Program-made: the position numbers and the translations under genes
The notes under the pieces: generated by a model
What the model saw: only the letters and a program-made list of their open reading frames with translations
Database searches by the model: none
Told to the model about the DNA's origin: nothing
Assembly (NCBI GenBank): GCA_963776245.1
Contig: CAVZLN010000003.1
Location: 1,167,517 to 1,231,516, forward strand
Direction: 5' to 3'
From: Candidatus Eiseniibacteriota bacterium
GTDB lineage: Bacteria; Eisenbacteria; RBG-16-71-46
DNA: 64,000 nt
Shown here: positions 44,974-56,450 of the stretch, one piece after another
Layout: each line of letters starts with the position of its first letter
Numbering within the stretch: position 1 is the stretch's first letter

Positions 44974-45456
44974 ATGGCGCTGCGGATCGGGATGGGCTAC
45001 GACGTGCACCGCAAGGCCGACGGGCGGCCGTGCGTGCTCGGCGGGGTGACGTTCGAGGGCGAACGCGGGCTCGAGGGGCACAGCGACGCCGACGTGGTGG
45101 CGCACGCCATCGGGGACGCGCTGCTGGGCGCGGTCGCGCTCGGCGACCTGGGCAAGCACTTCCCGCCCGGCGAACCGCGCTGGAAGAACGTCTCGAGCAT
45201 GGAACTGCTGCGGCTGATCCACGCGATGCTCGACGGCGTGACCGCGCGGATCGTGAACGTGGACGTCACGGTGGTGGCGCAGGGGCCGCAGATCGCGCCG
45301 CGCCGCGACGCGATGCGCGCCGTCATCGCGCATGCCCTCAAGGTCGGCATCGGGCAGGTGTCGGTGAAGGCCACCACCAACGAGGGCCTCGGCTCCATCG
45401 GCCGCGACGAGGGCATCGCCGCGTGGGCGGTGGCGATGGTCGAAGCGCGCGAGTAG
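44974..45456 (+). CDS. ispF: MECDP synthase
   Basis: RIGMGYDVH, GHSDADV, GDLGKHFP, VKATTNEGLG. Confidence 0.97.
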   Translation: MALRIGMGYDVHRKADGRPCVLGGVTFEGERGLEGHSDADVVAHAIGDALLGAVALGDLGKHFPPGEPRWKNVSSMELLRLIHAMLDGVTARIVNVDVTVVAQGPQIAPRRDAMRAVIAHALKVGIGQVSVKATTNEGLGSIGRDEGIAAWAVAMVEARE

Positions 45457-45470
45457 GGGCGGCGCTGACG

Positions 45471-47279
45471 ATGCCCCCGCGCCGGCCGCCGCCCCGCGTT
45501 CCGCCGCGGCCCGCTCCCGCTCCGCTCGAGGCGCGCGCGGCCACGCGCATGGCGTGGGCGCTGTTCGCCACGCTGGCGGCGCTGGCGATCGCGCGGGCGG
45601 TCCTGACCCTGGTGCCGACGATGTGGGTCTGGTCGCTCAACCTGCATCGCTTCCTCGGCCCGGGCCTCGCGTGGGGGCCGTGGCTGATCGCGACCGCGGC
45701 GCTGTACCCGGCGGTGTCCCGCCGCGCGGTGCCGGCGCTGGCGCGCTTCGGCGACGCGCTCGCGGACCGGCCGGCGCTCTCGGGGTGGATCATGGCCGCG
45801 CTGGCGGCGGCCGTGGTGGTCATTTTCCCCGATCGCACCCGGTTCGTCGGGGACTTCCTGTTGCGACAGGGCACGGTGGAGCAGGGCGGGGCTCCGGCCC
45901 AGCTCTTTCCGCAGGCGCTGCCGCTGGACGTGTTCCTCCACTACCTGCTTCCGCGCACGCTGACGGAGGCGGGCGTGCTCGACGCCAACGGCGCGGCGCG
46001 GCTGCTCGGCGCCTGCGAGGCGGCGGCGCTGGCCGCGCTCGCCGGGGCGTTCGCCCGCACGCTGGCGTTGCGCGGTGTCCCGGCCGCGCTGGCCGCGGCG
46101 GTGCTGCTGTGCGGCGGCTACTTGGGAATGTTCACCGGCTTCGGGAAAGCGTTCGCCGAGCTGGTGCTGGTGGTCGCTGCGCTCGGCGTGTTCGGGCTCG
46201 GCGCGGTCCGCGACGGCCGCGGACTGCTGCGGCTGGGACTGGTATTCGCGGCGGGGCTGACGCTCCATCGCTCGGCACTGGCGACCCTGCCCGCGGTGGC
46301 GCTGGCATGGTGGCTCGGGATGCGCGGTCGGGAGCGCGGCGCGTGGAGGGACCCGCACGCGCTGCTCGCGCTCGCCGTGCCGCTCGGCGCACTGGCGGTG
46401 ATGCTCCCGCGGATCGTGACGTTGATGCGGCGCTGGGACGTGTTGCACGTCGCGCCGCCGGAGGTGCAGGCGGCCGGGGGGCCGTTGCTGGCCGCCTTCG
46501 CGGGCGCGCGACTTCCCGACATGCTCAACCTGATCGCCTTCCTGTCACCCTTGTCGCTCGCCGTGGTCCCGATGCTGGTGGCGTCGCGCTCGGCGCGGCC
46601 CCGCGGCCGGGAACTGGCGCTGCTCGCGGCGCTCGCCCTGCCGATGGTGCTGACGCTCCCGTTCATCCACCCCGCGCAGGGGCTCTACCGGGACTGGGAC
46701 GACTTCGCGGCGATGGGCGCCGGGCTCTCGGTGGTGGCGGCCTGGCTGGTGGCGGAGACGCTTCGCGCGGCGCCGCGTTTCGCCTGGCTGGGCGTGGCGG
46801 CCGCGCTCGCCGCGGCGGTTCCCGCCCTGCAATGGACCACCCACTGGGCCGACCCGGACCGGGGCCTCGCACGCGTCGAGGCGATCATGCGCGAGCCGCC
46901 CACACGCACGCTCAACGAGCGTTCGAGCACCTGGGACTACCTCGGGATCCGCCATCTCCGCCTCGGACGGCTCGACGCGGCGGCGGCGGCGTTCACCCGC
47001 TCGAGCGAAGCCGCGCCGAGCCCGCGCGTGCTGCTCGAACTGGGGTTCGCCGAACGCGCGCGCGGCGATCTGCGCGGAGCGCTCGCAGCCTACCGTCGCA
47101 TCCTCGAGCGTGACTCGACTCACGTCGTGGCGTGGGAGATGTGCGGCAGGACCGCGGCCCAGATGGGTGACACCCTCGCCGTGCGCCAGGCCGCCGCGGC
47201 GCTGGTGCGGCTCGATCCCGGCAACCGCGTGGCGCTCGAACTGAAGGCCTGGCGCTCGCCCGCCCGCGCGGAGCGCTGA
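45471..47279 (+). CDS. Polytopic membrane protein with C-terminal TPRs (possibly GT-C-like)
   Basis: Many TMs, RDWDDF loop, TPR-like C-terminus. Confidence 0.75.
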   Translation: MPPRRPPPRVPPRPAPAPLEARAATRMAWALFATLAALAIARAVLTLVPTMWVWSLNLHRFLGPGLAWGPWLIATAALYPAVSRRAVPALARFGDALADRPALSGWIMAALAAAVVVIFPDRTRFVGDFLLRQGTVEQGGAPAQLFPQALPLDVFLHYLLPRTLTEAGVLDANGAARLLGACEAAALAALAGAFARTLALRGVPAALAAAVLLCGGYLGMFTGFGKAFAELVLVVAALGVFGLGAVRDGRGLLRLGLVFAAGLTLHRSALATLPAVALAWWLGMRGRERGAWRDPHALLALAVPLGALAVMLPRIVTLMRRWDVLHVAPPEVQAAGGPLLAAFAGARLPDMLNLIAFLSPLSLAVVPMLVASRSARPRGRELALLAALALPMVLTLPFIHPAQGLYRDWDDFAAMGAGLSVVAAWLVAETLRAAPRFAWLGVAAALAAAVPALQWTTHWADPDRGLARVEAIMREPPTRTLNERSSTWDYLGIRHLRLGRLDAAAAAFTRSSEAAPSPRVLLELGFAERARGDLRGALAAYRRILERDSTHVVAWEMCGRTAAQMGDTLAVRQAAAALVRLDPGNRVALELKAWRSPARAER

Positions 47280-47324
47280 GCGACCGGCGGCCCACGCCGC
47301 CCACTGGTGCCCCTCGAAGCCCAC

Positions 47325-47360
47325 TTGACTAGTGACCGCATTTAGTGGTCATATGACCAC
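47325..47360 (+). promoter_or_regulatory. Promoter/operator of the HTH-nucleotidyltransferase pair
   Basis: TTGACT at 47325; perfect 16-bp palindrome GTGGTCATATGACCAC (47345-47360) 2 nt before the ATG. Confidence 0.7.
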
Positions 47361-47362
47361 CT

Positions 47363-47701
47363 ATGAAGGTCATCGCGTCCTCGAGCCCGTTCGGCAGCTC
47401 CGCGCGAACCCGCGCGCTCCTGGCCCTGCAACTGCTGACCGAGAGCCATGCGCGGGAGCTCGCGCGACTGCTGGAACTCCATCTCTCGAGCGTGCAGAAG
47501 GCCCTCCAGTCACTCGAGCGCGACGGCCTCGTGGCGGCGCGGGCCGCCGGACGCACGCGTCTCTACCGGCTGAACCCCCGCGCTCCCGCCCGTCGGGAGA
47601 TGGAGCGCTACCTGGAACGGTTGCTGGAGCCGGAGGCCGAGTTGCGCTCGCGTGGAGCCGGGCTTCGGCGCCGTCCGCGGCGCACGGGCAAGCCACTGTG
47701 A
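47363..47701 (+). CDS. Winged-helix (ArsR/MarR-like) DNA-binding protein
   Basis: FGSSARTRAL, HARELARLL...SVQKALQSLERDGLV...GRTRLYRLNP. Confidence 0.85.
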   Translation: MKVIASSSPFGSSARTRALLALQLLTESHARELARLLELHLSSVQKALQSLERDGLVAARAAGRTRLYRLNPRAPARREMERYLERLLEPEAELRSRGAGLRRRPRRTGKPL

Positions 47702-48285
47702 AGCTGACGGCGAAGTCGACGCTCGCGGATGTCGCCGTGGCGGTCGGAGATGCGCTTCGCCGCGCGGGGATCCGAGGCGTCCTCACCGGCGGTGCCTGCG
47801 CCCATCTGTACACGGCAGGCGCGTATGCGTCCGTCGATGTCGATTTCGTGCTCATGGAATCGTCCACCGCGGAGGCCCTCGACGTGGCACTCGCACCCCT
47901 CGGCTTCACGCGTCGCCGCGATCGCTACGTGCATGCCTCGGTGCCCTTCTTCGTCGAATTCCCGCGCGGGCCGCTCGGGATCGGAGAGGACTTCAGCATC
48001 CGACCCGTGTGGAGGAGCCGCCGCGGTGGAAGGACGCTGTCGCTCTCGGCGACCGACGCCTGTCGGGACCGGCTGGCCGCCTATTACCACTGGAACGACC
48101 GTCAGAGCCTCGCGGTGGCCGTGGCGATCGCTCTGCAGAACCGTGTGGCCCTCTCGAAGATCCGCGACTGGAGCAGGGACGAAGGTCATCAGGAGCGCTA
48201 CGCCGCATTCGCCGCCGAACTGGATCGAGCACGACGGGAGTCGCGCGCCAAGAGCAGGACCGGCCCGGTCCGGCGCAGGACCTGA
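47698..48285 (+). CDS. Putative nucleotidyltransferase-fold protein
   Basis: VLTGGACAHLY...SVDVDFV (GG...DxD); GTGA coupling to the HTH gene. Confidence 0.75.
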   Translation: MKLTAKSTLADVAVAVGDALRRAGIRGVLTGGACAHLYTAGAYASVDVDFVLMESSTAEALDVALAPLGFTRRRDRYVHASVPFFVEFPRGPLGIGEDFSIRPVWRSRRGGRTLSLSATDACRDRLAAYYHWNDRQSLAVAVAIALQNRVALSKIRDWSRDEGHQERYAAFAAELDRARRESRAKSRTGPVRRRT

Positions 48286-48382
48286 ACGATCCACTCGGCG
48301 CAGGGACGCGAGGGTAGCCCCTGCCCCCCGCGATTCCGAGACCCCCACGAGCGGCCTGCGATTTCGCCCGCGAGGCATCCGA

Positions 48383-50296
<1,914 letters not shown>

Positions 50297-50773
50297 GGAT
50301 TCCTCCGGGCGATCGTCAGAAATCCGAGCGTCGAGCGGCAGACTAGGACATCCCGGCGCGTGAGGGAACGACCGAAGCAGCACTACGGACCCAGCACCAG
50401 CTCGAGCCGGGGCCGCGATGTGGCATCGGAAGTGGGGCCCTGGACCGACAGAGCACGGGCCATGGACGGAGGGGCACGGGCCGGATGCGGTGCGTGTGGG
50501 TATTGCACCGTATCCGGTCTGTGCCCCTCCGGCTCGGGCGCTGGCGGAGGAGCCGTGTCGGCGGCGCTCGAGCCGCGCGTTCGCCGGAGCCGCGAGGGCC
50601 GGTGACGACGCAATACCCACACGCATCGCCACCGGCCCTCGCGGCTCCGGCTCGAGTTGGCGCCGCATGCTTCCTGTGGCGGCCGCGAGGCTCGCGTGTG
50701 CCGCCGGACGGCGGGCGGGCGTTTCGTGTAGCCTCGCGGGCCAGCGGCCCGCTCCCGGGCCGCGCGAGGAGCC

Positions 50774-52264
50774 ATGACGAGCGAACCGCGACGCGACGCC
50801 CCTGTCACCGCCGTCCGCGTGCGCTTCGCGCCGAGCCCCACGGGCTGGCTGCACGTGGGCGGCGCGCGCACCGCGTACTTCAACTGGCTGTTCGCCCGCC
50901 AGCACGGCGGGGTGTTCGTGCTCCGCATCGAGGACACCGACGTCGAGCGCTCGAGCGAGGCCAGCGAACGCGGCGTGCTCGACGATCTGCGCTGGCTCGG
51001 GCTGGAGTGGGACGAGGGCCCCGAGGTGGGCGGGGCGTTCGGCCCCTATCGCCAGAGCGAGCGGGTCGCCACCTACCGCGAGTGCGCCGAGGCGCTGCTC
51101 ACGCGCGGGCTCGCCTACCCGTGCTTCTGCACCGACGCCGAGCTCGAGACGCGCCGTGCCGCGGCGCTCGCCGCCGGCCGCCCGCCGCACTACGACGGGC
51201 GATGCGCCGCGCTCGCCGGGGTCGAGCGCGCGGCGCGGCTGCGCGAGGGCGGGCCGTGGAGTGTGCGCTTCGCGGTCGAGCGGCGCGACTGGGTGCTCGA
51301 CGACGCGGTGCGCGGCGAAGTGCGCTTCCCCGCCGGCATGGTGGGGGACTTCGTGGTGCTGCGCTCGAACGGGCTGCCGACTTACAACTTCGCGTGCGCG
51401 GTGGACGACGCGGCGATGCGCATCTCGCACGTCATCCGCGCCGAGGAGCACCTCTCGAACACCGCGCGCCAGCTCATGCTGCTGGCGGCGCTCGGGGCGG
51501 ACGCGCCCCGGTTCGCGCACGTGCCGCTCATCCTCAATCCCGACCGCACCAAGATGAGCAAGCGGGCCGGTGAAGCCGCGGTGGCGGTGGGCGACTGGCG
51601 CCGCGCCGGCTACGTGGCCGAAGCGCTGCTGTCGTATCTCGCGCTGCTCGGGTTCCATCCCGGCGACGCGCGAGAGATCCTGTCCCGCGCCGAACTGCTC
51701 GAGGCGTTCGCGCTCGACCGCGTCGGCACCAGCGGCTCGATCTTCGACCCGGACAAGCTGCGCTGGACCAACGCCAGCGTGCTCCACCACGCGAGCGGCG
51801 CCGACCTGGCGCGCTGGGGTGAGGAGTTCCTGCCGGCGGGGGCGCGCGGCCTCGGCCGCGACGCGCTCGGGGCGCTGCTCGAGCTGGTGCGTGGCAATCT
51901 CACCACGCTCGCCGACCTGGCACCCGAACTGGAGCCGCTGCTCGCCGCGCGCGTCACGTTCGAGCCCGACGCGGCGGCGGCGCTGGACGCGCCGCGCGCG
52001 CGCGAGGTGTGCGCGGCGCTCGCCGATGCGCTCGAACCTCTTGCGGAGTACCGCGCGGAAGTGTTCAAATCCGCGCTTCAGGCCCTCGGCGCTCGGCTCG
52101 GAGTGAAGGGCAGGGAGCTCTTCCAGCCGGTGCGTGCCGCCCTCACCGGGCGCGTGCACGGCCCCGAGCTGCCGCGGATCGCCGAGTCGCTCGGGCGCGA
52201 GCGCTGCGTCGCCCGGTTGCGCGCGGCGGCGGACCATCATCCATCGCAGGGAGGCAACGCATGA
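50774..52264 (+). CDS. gltX: Glutamate--tRNA ligase
   Basis: RFAPSPTG, HVGG, LRIEDTD, KMSKR. Confidence 0.96.
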   Translation: MTSEPRRDAPVTAVRVRFAPSPTGWLHVGGARTAYFNWLFARQHGGVFVLRIEDTDVERSSEASERGVLDDLRWLGLEWDEGPEVGGAFGPYRQSERVATYRECAEALLTRGLAYPCFCTDAELETRRAAALAAGRPPHYDGRCAALAGVERAARLREGGPWSVRFAVERRDWVLDDAVRGEVRFPAGMVGDFVVLRSNGLPTYNFACAVDDAAMRISHVIRAEEHLSNTARQLMLLAALGADAPRFAHVPLILNPDRTKMSKRAGEAAVAVGDWRRAGYVAEALLSYLALLGFHPGDAREILSRAELLEAFALDRVGTSGSIFDPDKLRWTNASVLHHASGADLARWGEEFLPAGARGLGRDALGALLELVRGNLTTLADLAPELEPLLAARVTFEPDAAAALDAPRAREVCAALADALEPLAEYRAEVFKSALQALGARLGVKGRELFQPVRAALTGRVHGPELPRIAESLGRERCVARLRAAADHHPSQGGNA

Positions 52265-53286
52265 AGGTCGCCGTGCTGATGGGCGGACGCTCCTCCGAGC
52301 GCGTGATCTCGCTCCGCACCGGCCGCGGCATCGCCCAGGCGCTGCGCACCCTCGGGCACGAGGTCGCTTCGATCGACGCCGCCGACGGCGCGGCGCTGCC
52401 CGCGGGCGACGAGGAGAACGGCGCCCGCGCCTTGGCGGTGGCGCGCGCGCTGCCCGCCGCGGCCGCGCTCGGCGTGGCCACCACCCCCGCGGTGCGCGAC
52501 GCCGACGTGGTGTTCATCGCGCTGCACGGGCCGGGCGGCGAGGACGGCAGCATCCAGGGGCTGCTCGAGTACGCGGGCAAGACGTACACCGGCTCGGACG
52601 TGCTCGGCAGCGCGCTGACGCTCGACAAGGCGCGGTCGAAGGCGATCTTCGTGCACGCCGGAGTGCCCACCCCGCGCTGGACGGTGGTGCGCGCGCACGA
52701 TCCCGAGCCGCGCATCGACGCCCCCGCGCTCGGCGGCTGGCCGCTGGTGGTGAAGCCCAATCTCGAGGGCTCGACCGTGGGGCTCTCCATCGTGCGTGAA
52801 GCCGAGGGGCTGCCGGCGGCCCTGCGGCTGGCGGCCGACTTCGGCGAGGAGACGCTGATCGAGGAGTACATCCCCGGCCGCGAGCTCACGGTGGCGGTGC
52901 TGGAGGACGAGGCGTTCCCGGTGGTCGAGATCGTGCCGAAGGGCGGGTTCTACGACTTCGAGCACAAGTACACCAAGGGCATGAGCGACTACTTCTGCCC
53001 GGCCGACCTGCCGCCGGCGATCGAGGCGCGGGCGCGCGCGCTGAGCCTGCGCGCCGCGCACGCGCTCGGCTGCCGCGGCGTGTCGCGCGTGGACTTCCGG
53101 CTCAGCCCGGCCGGCGAGTGTTTCTGCCTGGAAGTGAACACCATCCCCGGCATGACCCCGTTGAGCCTGGTGCCGATGGCGGCCCGGGCGCGGGGCATGT
53201 CCTACGAGCAGCTCGTGGGCCGCATGCTCGAGCTGGCGCTGGAAGCTGCCCGCCGGCGCCGTGCGAGCGAGCCCGCGCGGGCCTGA
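52261..53286 (+). CDS. ddl: D-alanine--D-alanine ligase
   Basis: GGRSSER, ALHGPGGEDG, VKPNLEGST, EVNTIPGMT. Confidence 0.96.
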   Translation: MKVAVLMGGRSSERVISLRTGRGIAQALRTLGHEVASIDAADGAALPAGDEENGARALAVARALPAAAALGVATTPAVRDADVVFIALHGPGGEDGSIQGLLEYAGKTYTGSDVLGSALTLDKARSKAIFVHAGVPTPRWTVVRAHDPEPRIDAPALGGWPLVVKPNLEGSTVGLSIVREAEGLPAALRLAADFGEETLIEEYIPGRELTVAVLEDEAFPVVEIVPKGGFYDFEHKYTKGMSDYFCPADLPPAIEARARALSLRAAHALGCRGVSRVDFRLSPAGECFCLEVNTIPGMTPLSLVPMAARARGMSYEQLVGRMLELALEAARRRRASEPARA

Positions 53287-53302
53287 GCCAGGAGATCCCT
53301 GC

Positions 53303-54367
53303 ATGGAGTCGCGGAAGACATTCCTCAAGCAGCTGCTCGAAGCGCACGGGGTGCCGGGCGCGGAGCACGAGGTCTGGAAGGTGATGGAGCGCCGCCTCAA
53401 GGGCGTCGGTCCGATCTCGAGCGACCGGCTGGGCTCGTTCATCTGCGAGAAACGGGGCAGTGCCGCGGGGCCGCGCGTGATGCTGGCCGGCCACCTCGAC
53501 GAGGTCGGGTTCATGGTGAAGTCGGTCACCAAGGACGGCTTCGTGAAGTTCCTGCCGCTCGGCGGCTGGTGGGGACACGTGGTGCTCGGCCAGCGCATGA
53601 TCGTCAAGACGCGCAAGGGCGACGTGTTCGGCATCGTCGGCTCCAAGCCGCCGCACGAGATCCGCGAGGAGGACCGCAAGAAGGTCCTCGAGGTGCGCGA
53701 GATGTTCATCGATGTGGGCGCCACCGCGGACTGGGACGTCAAGAAGAAGCTCGACATCCGCCCTGGCGACGCGGTGGTGCCGTGGTCGCCCTACACGCCG
53801 ATGGCGAACCCCGACCTGGTGATGGCGAAGGCGTGGGACAACCGCCTCGGCTGCGGCATCGCGGCCGAGATCCTGCTCGGCCTCAAGGGCGTGGCCCACC
53901 CGAACACGCTCTACGCGGTGGGGACGGTGCAGGAAGAGGTCGGGCTGCGCGGCGCGCAGACCTCGGCCACCAAGCTCCAGCCCGACGTGGCGATCGTGCT
54001 CGACGTCGGCATCGCGCACGACACGCCGGGCACCGACAACGACGTGTATCTGGGCAAGGGCCCGCTGGTGGTGATCTACGACGCCACCGCGATCCCGAAC
54101 CGCAAGCTGCTCGACCTGGTGATCGACACCGCGAAGAAGCTCAAGATCGGCCTGCAATTCGAGTCGGTCGAGCGGGGCGGCACCGACGCGGGTCGCATCC
54201 ATCTGGTGGGCGAGGGCGTGCCGAGCCTCTCCATGGGATGCGCGGCGCGCTACATCCACAGCCACGTGAGCATCGTGAGCCAGCGTGACTTCGACACCAC
54301 GGTGAGGCTGCTCACCGCGGTGGCGAAGCAGCTCGACAAGAAGACGGTGGATGGCCTGACGCGCTGA
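53303..54367 (+). CDS. M42 family aminopeptidase
   Basis: GHLDEVG, KAWDNR, VQEEVGLRGA, GGTDAG, RYIHS. Confidence 0.94.
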   Translation: MESRKTFLKQLLEAHGVPGAEHEVWKVMERRLKGVGPISSDRLGSFICEKRGSAAGPRVMLAGHLDEVGFMVKSVTKDGFVKFLPLGGWWGHVVLGQRMIVKTRKGDVFGIVGSKPPHEIREEDRKKVLEVREMFIDVGATADWDVKKKLDIRPGDAVVPWSPYTPMANPDLVMAKAWDNRLGCGIAAEILLGLKGVAHPNTLYAVGTVQEEVGLRGAQTSATKLQPDVAIVLDVGIAHDTPGTDNDVYLGKGPLVVIYDATAIPNRKLLDLVIDTAKKLKIGLQFESVERGGTDAGRIHLVGEGVPSLSMGCAARYIHSHVSIVSQRDFDTTVRLLTAVAKQLDKKTVDGLTR

Positions 54368-54444
54368 GCGCACGCCGGACCGTCGTCGCGGGCGCGCCGG
54401 CCGCTGGCCGGCCCGCCGCGGCGATCTGAGGAGAGGCCACCCCC

Positions 54445-55860
54445 GTGGCGCTTCGTATCCATGACAACCTGACCCGCGAGAAGCGCGAGTTCGTCCCCCT
54501 GCGGGCCGGCCACGCCGGGATGTACGTGTGCGGCATGACGGTGCAGGACAAGCCGCACATCGGGCACATCCGCGCCTCGCTGTCGGGCGACCTGCTGCGG
54601 CGCTACCTGCTCCACCTGGGCTACGAGGTGACGTACGTCTACAACTTCACCGACGTGGACGACAAGATCATCGCGCGTGCCAGCGAGGAGGGGGTGGACT
54701 ACGGCAGCGTGAGCGAGCGCAACATCGACGCCTACCTGCGCTTCGCCGACCTGCACAACGTGATGCGCGCCACCCACTACCCGCGCGCGACCCTCCACAT
54801 CCCGGAGATGTTCGAGATCATCCGGCGCCTGATCGAGAAGGGGCACGCCTACGCCGCGGGCGGCGACGTGTACTTCGACGTGCGCAGCAAGCGCGACTAC
54901 GGGAAGCTCTCGGGCCGCAACGTGGACGAGCTGCGCGCCGGCGAGCGCGCCATGGCGGGCGATCCCGCCAATGTGGGCGACGAGAAGCGCGACCCGCTCG
55001 ACTTCGCGCTGTGGAAGGGCGCCAAGCCCGGCGAGCCGGCGTGGGAGAGCCCGTGGGGACCGGGGCGGCCCGGGTGGCACATCGAGTGCTCCGCGATGAG
55101 CATGAAGTACTTGGGCGAGACCTTCGACATCCACGGTGGCGGGGTGGACCTGGTGTTCCCGCACCACGAGAACGAGATCGCCCAGAGCGAGGCCGCGACC
55201 GGCAAGCCGTTCGCGAACTTCTGGACCGAGAACGGGCTGGTCAACATCTCGGGCGAGAAGATCTCCAAGAGCACCGGCACCGGGCAATTGTTCTTCATCG
55301 AGGACATCGCCGAACGCGTGGACCCCGAGGTGGTGCGCTACTACCTGCTCTCCACGCACTACCGCAGCCCGATCGAGTTCAGCGAGGAGCGCTTGGCCGA
55401 GGCGGCGGTGGCCTACCAGCGCCTGCGCTCGCCGCTGGAGCGCACCGCGGCGTGGGCGACCCGTGGCGGCCCCGCTCCCGGCGGGCCCCTGGGCGAGGCG
55501 GTGGCCGGCGCCGAGCGCCTGTTCCACGAGGCGATGGACGACGACTTCAACAGCGCCAAGGCCATCGGCCACCTCTTCGACCTGTCGCGAGCGGTCAACC
55601 GCGCCATCGATGAGGGGCTCGGGGCCGAGGCCGAGGCCGCCTCCCGGGCGCTCCTGCGGCTCGGCGGCATCCTCGGGCTGTTCTGGAAGGCCCCGGCCGG
55701 GGAGGACTGGCCGGCTGCGGTGGTGGAGCTGGCGGCGCGGCGCGAGGCGGCCCGCAAGGGCAAGGACTGGGCGGCCTCGGACGCCATCCGGAAGCAGCTC
55801 CATGACCTCGGGGTGCTGGTCGAGGACACCGCCCAGGGTCAGAAGCTCAAGCGGAAGTAG
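54445..55860 (+). CDS. cysS: Cysteine--tRNA ligase
   Basis: YVCG, HIGH, GRPGWHIECSAM, FPHHENE, KISKS. Confidence 0.97.
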   Translation: MALRIHDNLTREKREFVPLRAGHAGMYVCGMTVQDKPHIGHIRASLSGDLLRRYLLHLGYEVTYVYNFTDVDDKIIARASEEGVDYGSVSERNIDAYLRFADLHNVMRATHYPRATLHIPEMFEIIRRLIEKGHAYAAGGDVYFDVRSKRDYGKLSGRNVDELRAGERAMAGDPANVGDEKRDPLDFALWKGAKPGEPAWESPWGPGRPGWHIECSAMSMKYLGETFDIHGGGVDLVFPHHENEIAQSEAATGKPFANFWTENGLVNISGEKISKSTGTGQLFFIEDIAERVDPEVVRYYLLSTHYRSPIEFSEERLAEAAVAYQRLRSPLERTAAWATRGGPAPGGPLGEAVAGAERLFHEAMDDDFNSAKAIGHLFDLSRAVNRAIDEGLGAEAEAASRALLRLGGILGLFWKAPAGEDWPAAVVELAARREAARKGKDWAASDAIRKQLHDLGVLVEDTAQGQKLKRK

Positions 55861-55900
55861 CCGCGGGCCCGCCGCCGACCCCCCGACCCCCAACAAGTCC

Positions 55901-55930
55901 TTGACCTGCGTGCATTTCGAGGGCTAGCCT
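55901..55930 (+). promoter_or_regulatory. Putative sigma70-type promoter of cassette 1
   Basis: TTGACC-N18-TAGCCT. Confidence 0.5.
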
Positions 55931-56083
55931 CTTCATTGCGCTCCGGGCGTACCGGCGGCGCGAGCAGCGCGGTGGAATCACCCCGTATCCAACGGCCACC
56001 GCGCGGATCGCGACGTCTGATCGGGCGCGGTCGCGGATGGCCGGCATGGCCGGCTTGTATGGACTCGGGAAGGAAGGGAACAC

Positions 56084-56428
56084 ATGCCTCGATTCATCAC
56101 GAATCGCTGGTGGACCTTCATCCTGGCGCTGGTTTTCGGTCTGGGCCTGCTCGTGGTTCAGCCTGCCCGTCAGAGCTTCGCCGACATCGCGAGCGGCGGC
56201 CAGATGGGCACGGGTGACATCCCGGGCGGTGGCTTGCCGCCTCCTGGCAATGGCGATCCCGATCTGCCTCTGCGCGTCAAGCGCGCGGAGACCGGCGGCA
56301 TCGTGAAGTCTGCTCCAGGGGTCTACAGCATGCGGGCTGCGGGTGACAGTCCCGTGACGGACAGCGCTTTGATGTGGCGTCTGCAGGTCGTCCTGCGTGC
56401 GCTGAAGGGTTTCTGCCTGCACCTGTAG
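56084..56428 (+). CDS. Small secreted GDPDxP-motif protein 1
   Basis: RBS GGAAGG; signal peptide ending SFA; PPPGNGDPDLP; hydrophobic/basic C-terminus. Confidence 0.8.
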   Translation: MPRFITNRWWTFILALVFGLGLLVVQPARQSFADIASGGQMGTGDIPGGGLPPPGNGDPDLPLRVKRAETGGIVKSAPGVYSMRAAGDSPVTDSALMWRLQVVLRALKGFCLHL

Positions 56429-56450
56429 CAGCGTAGGGACCCGGCTGGAC

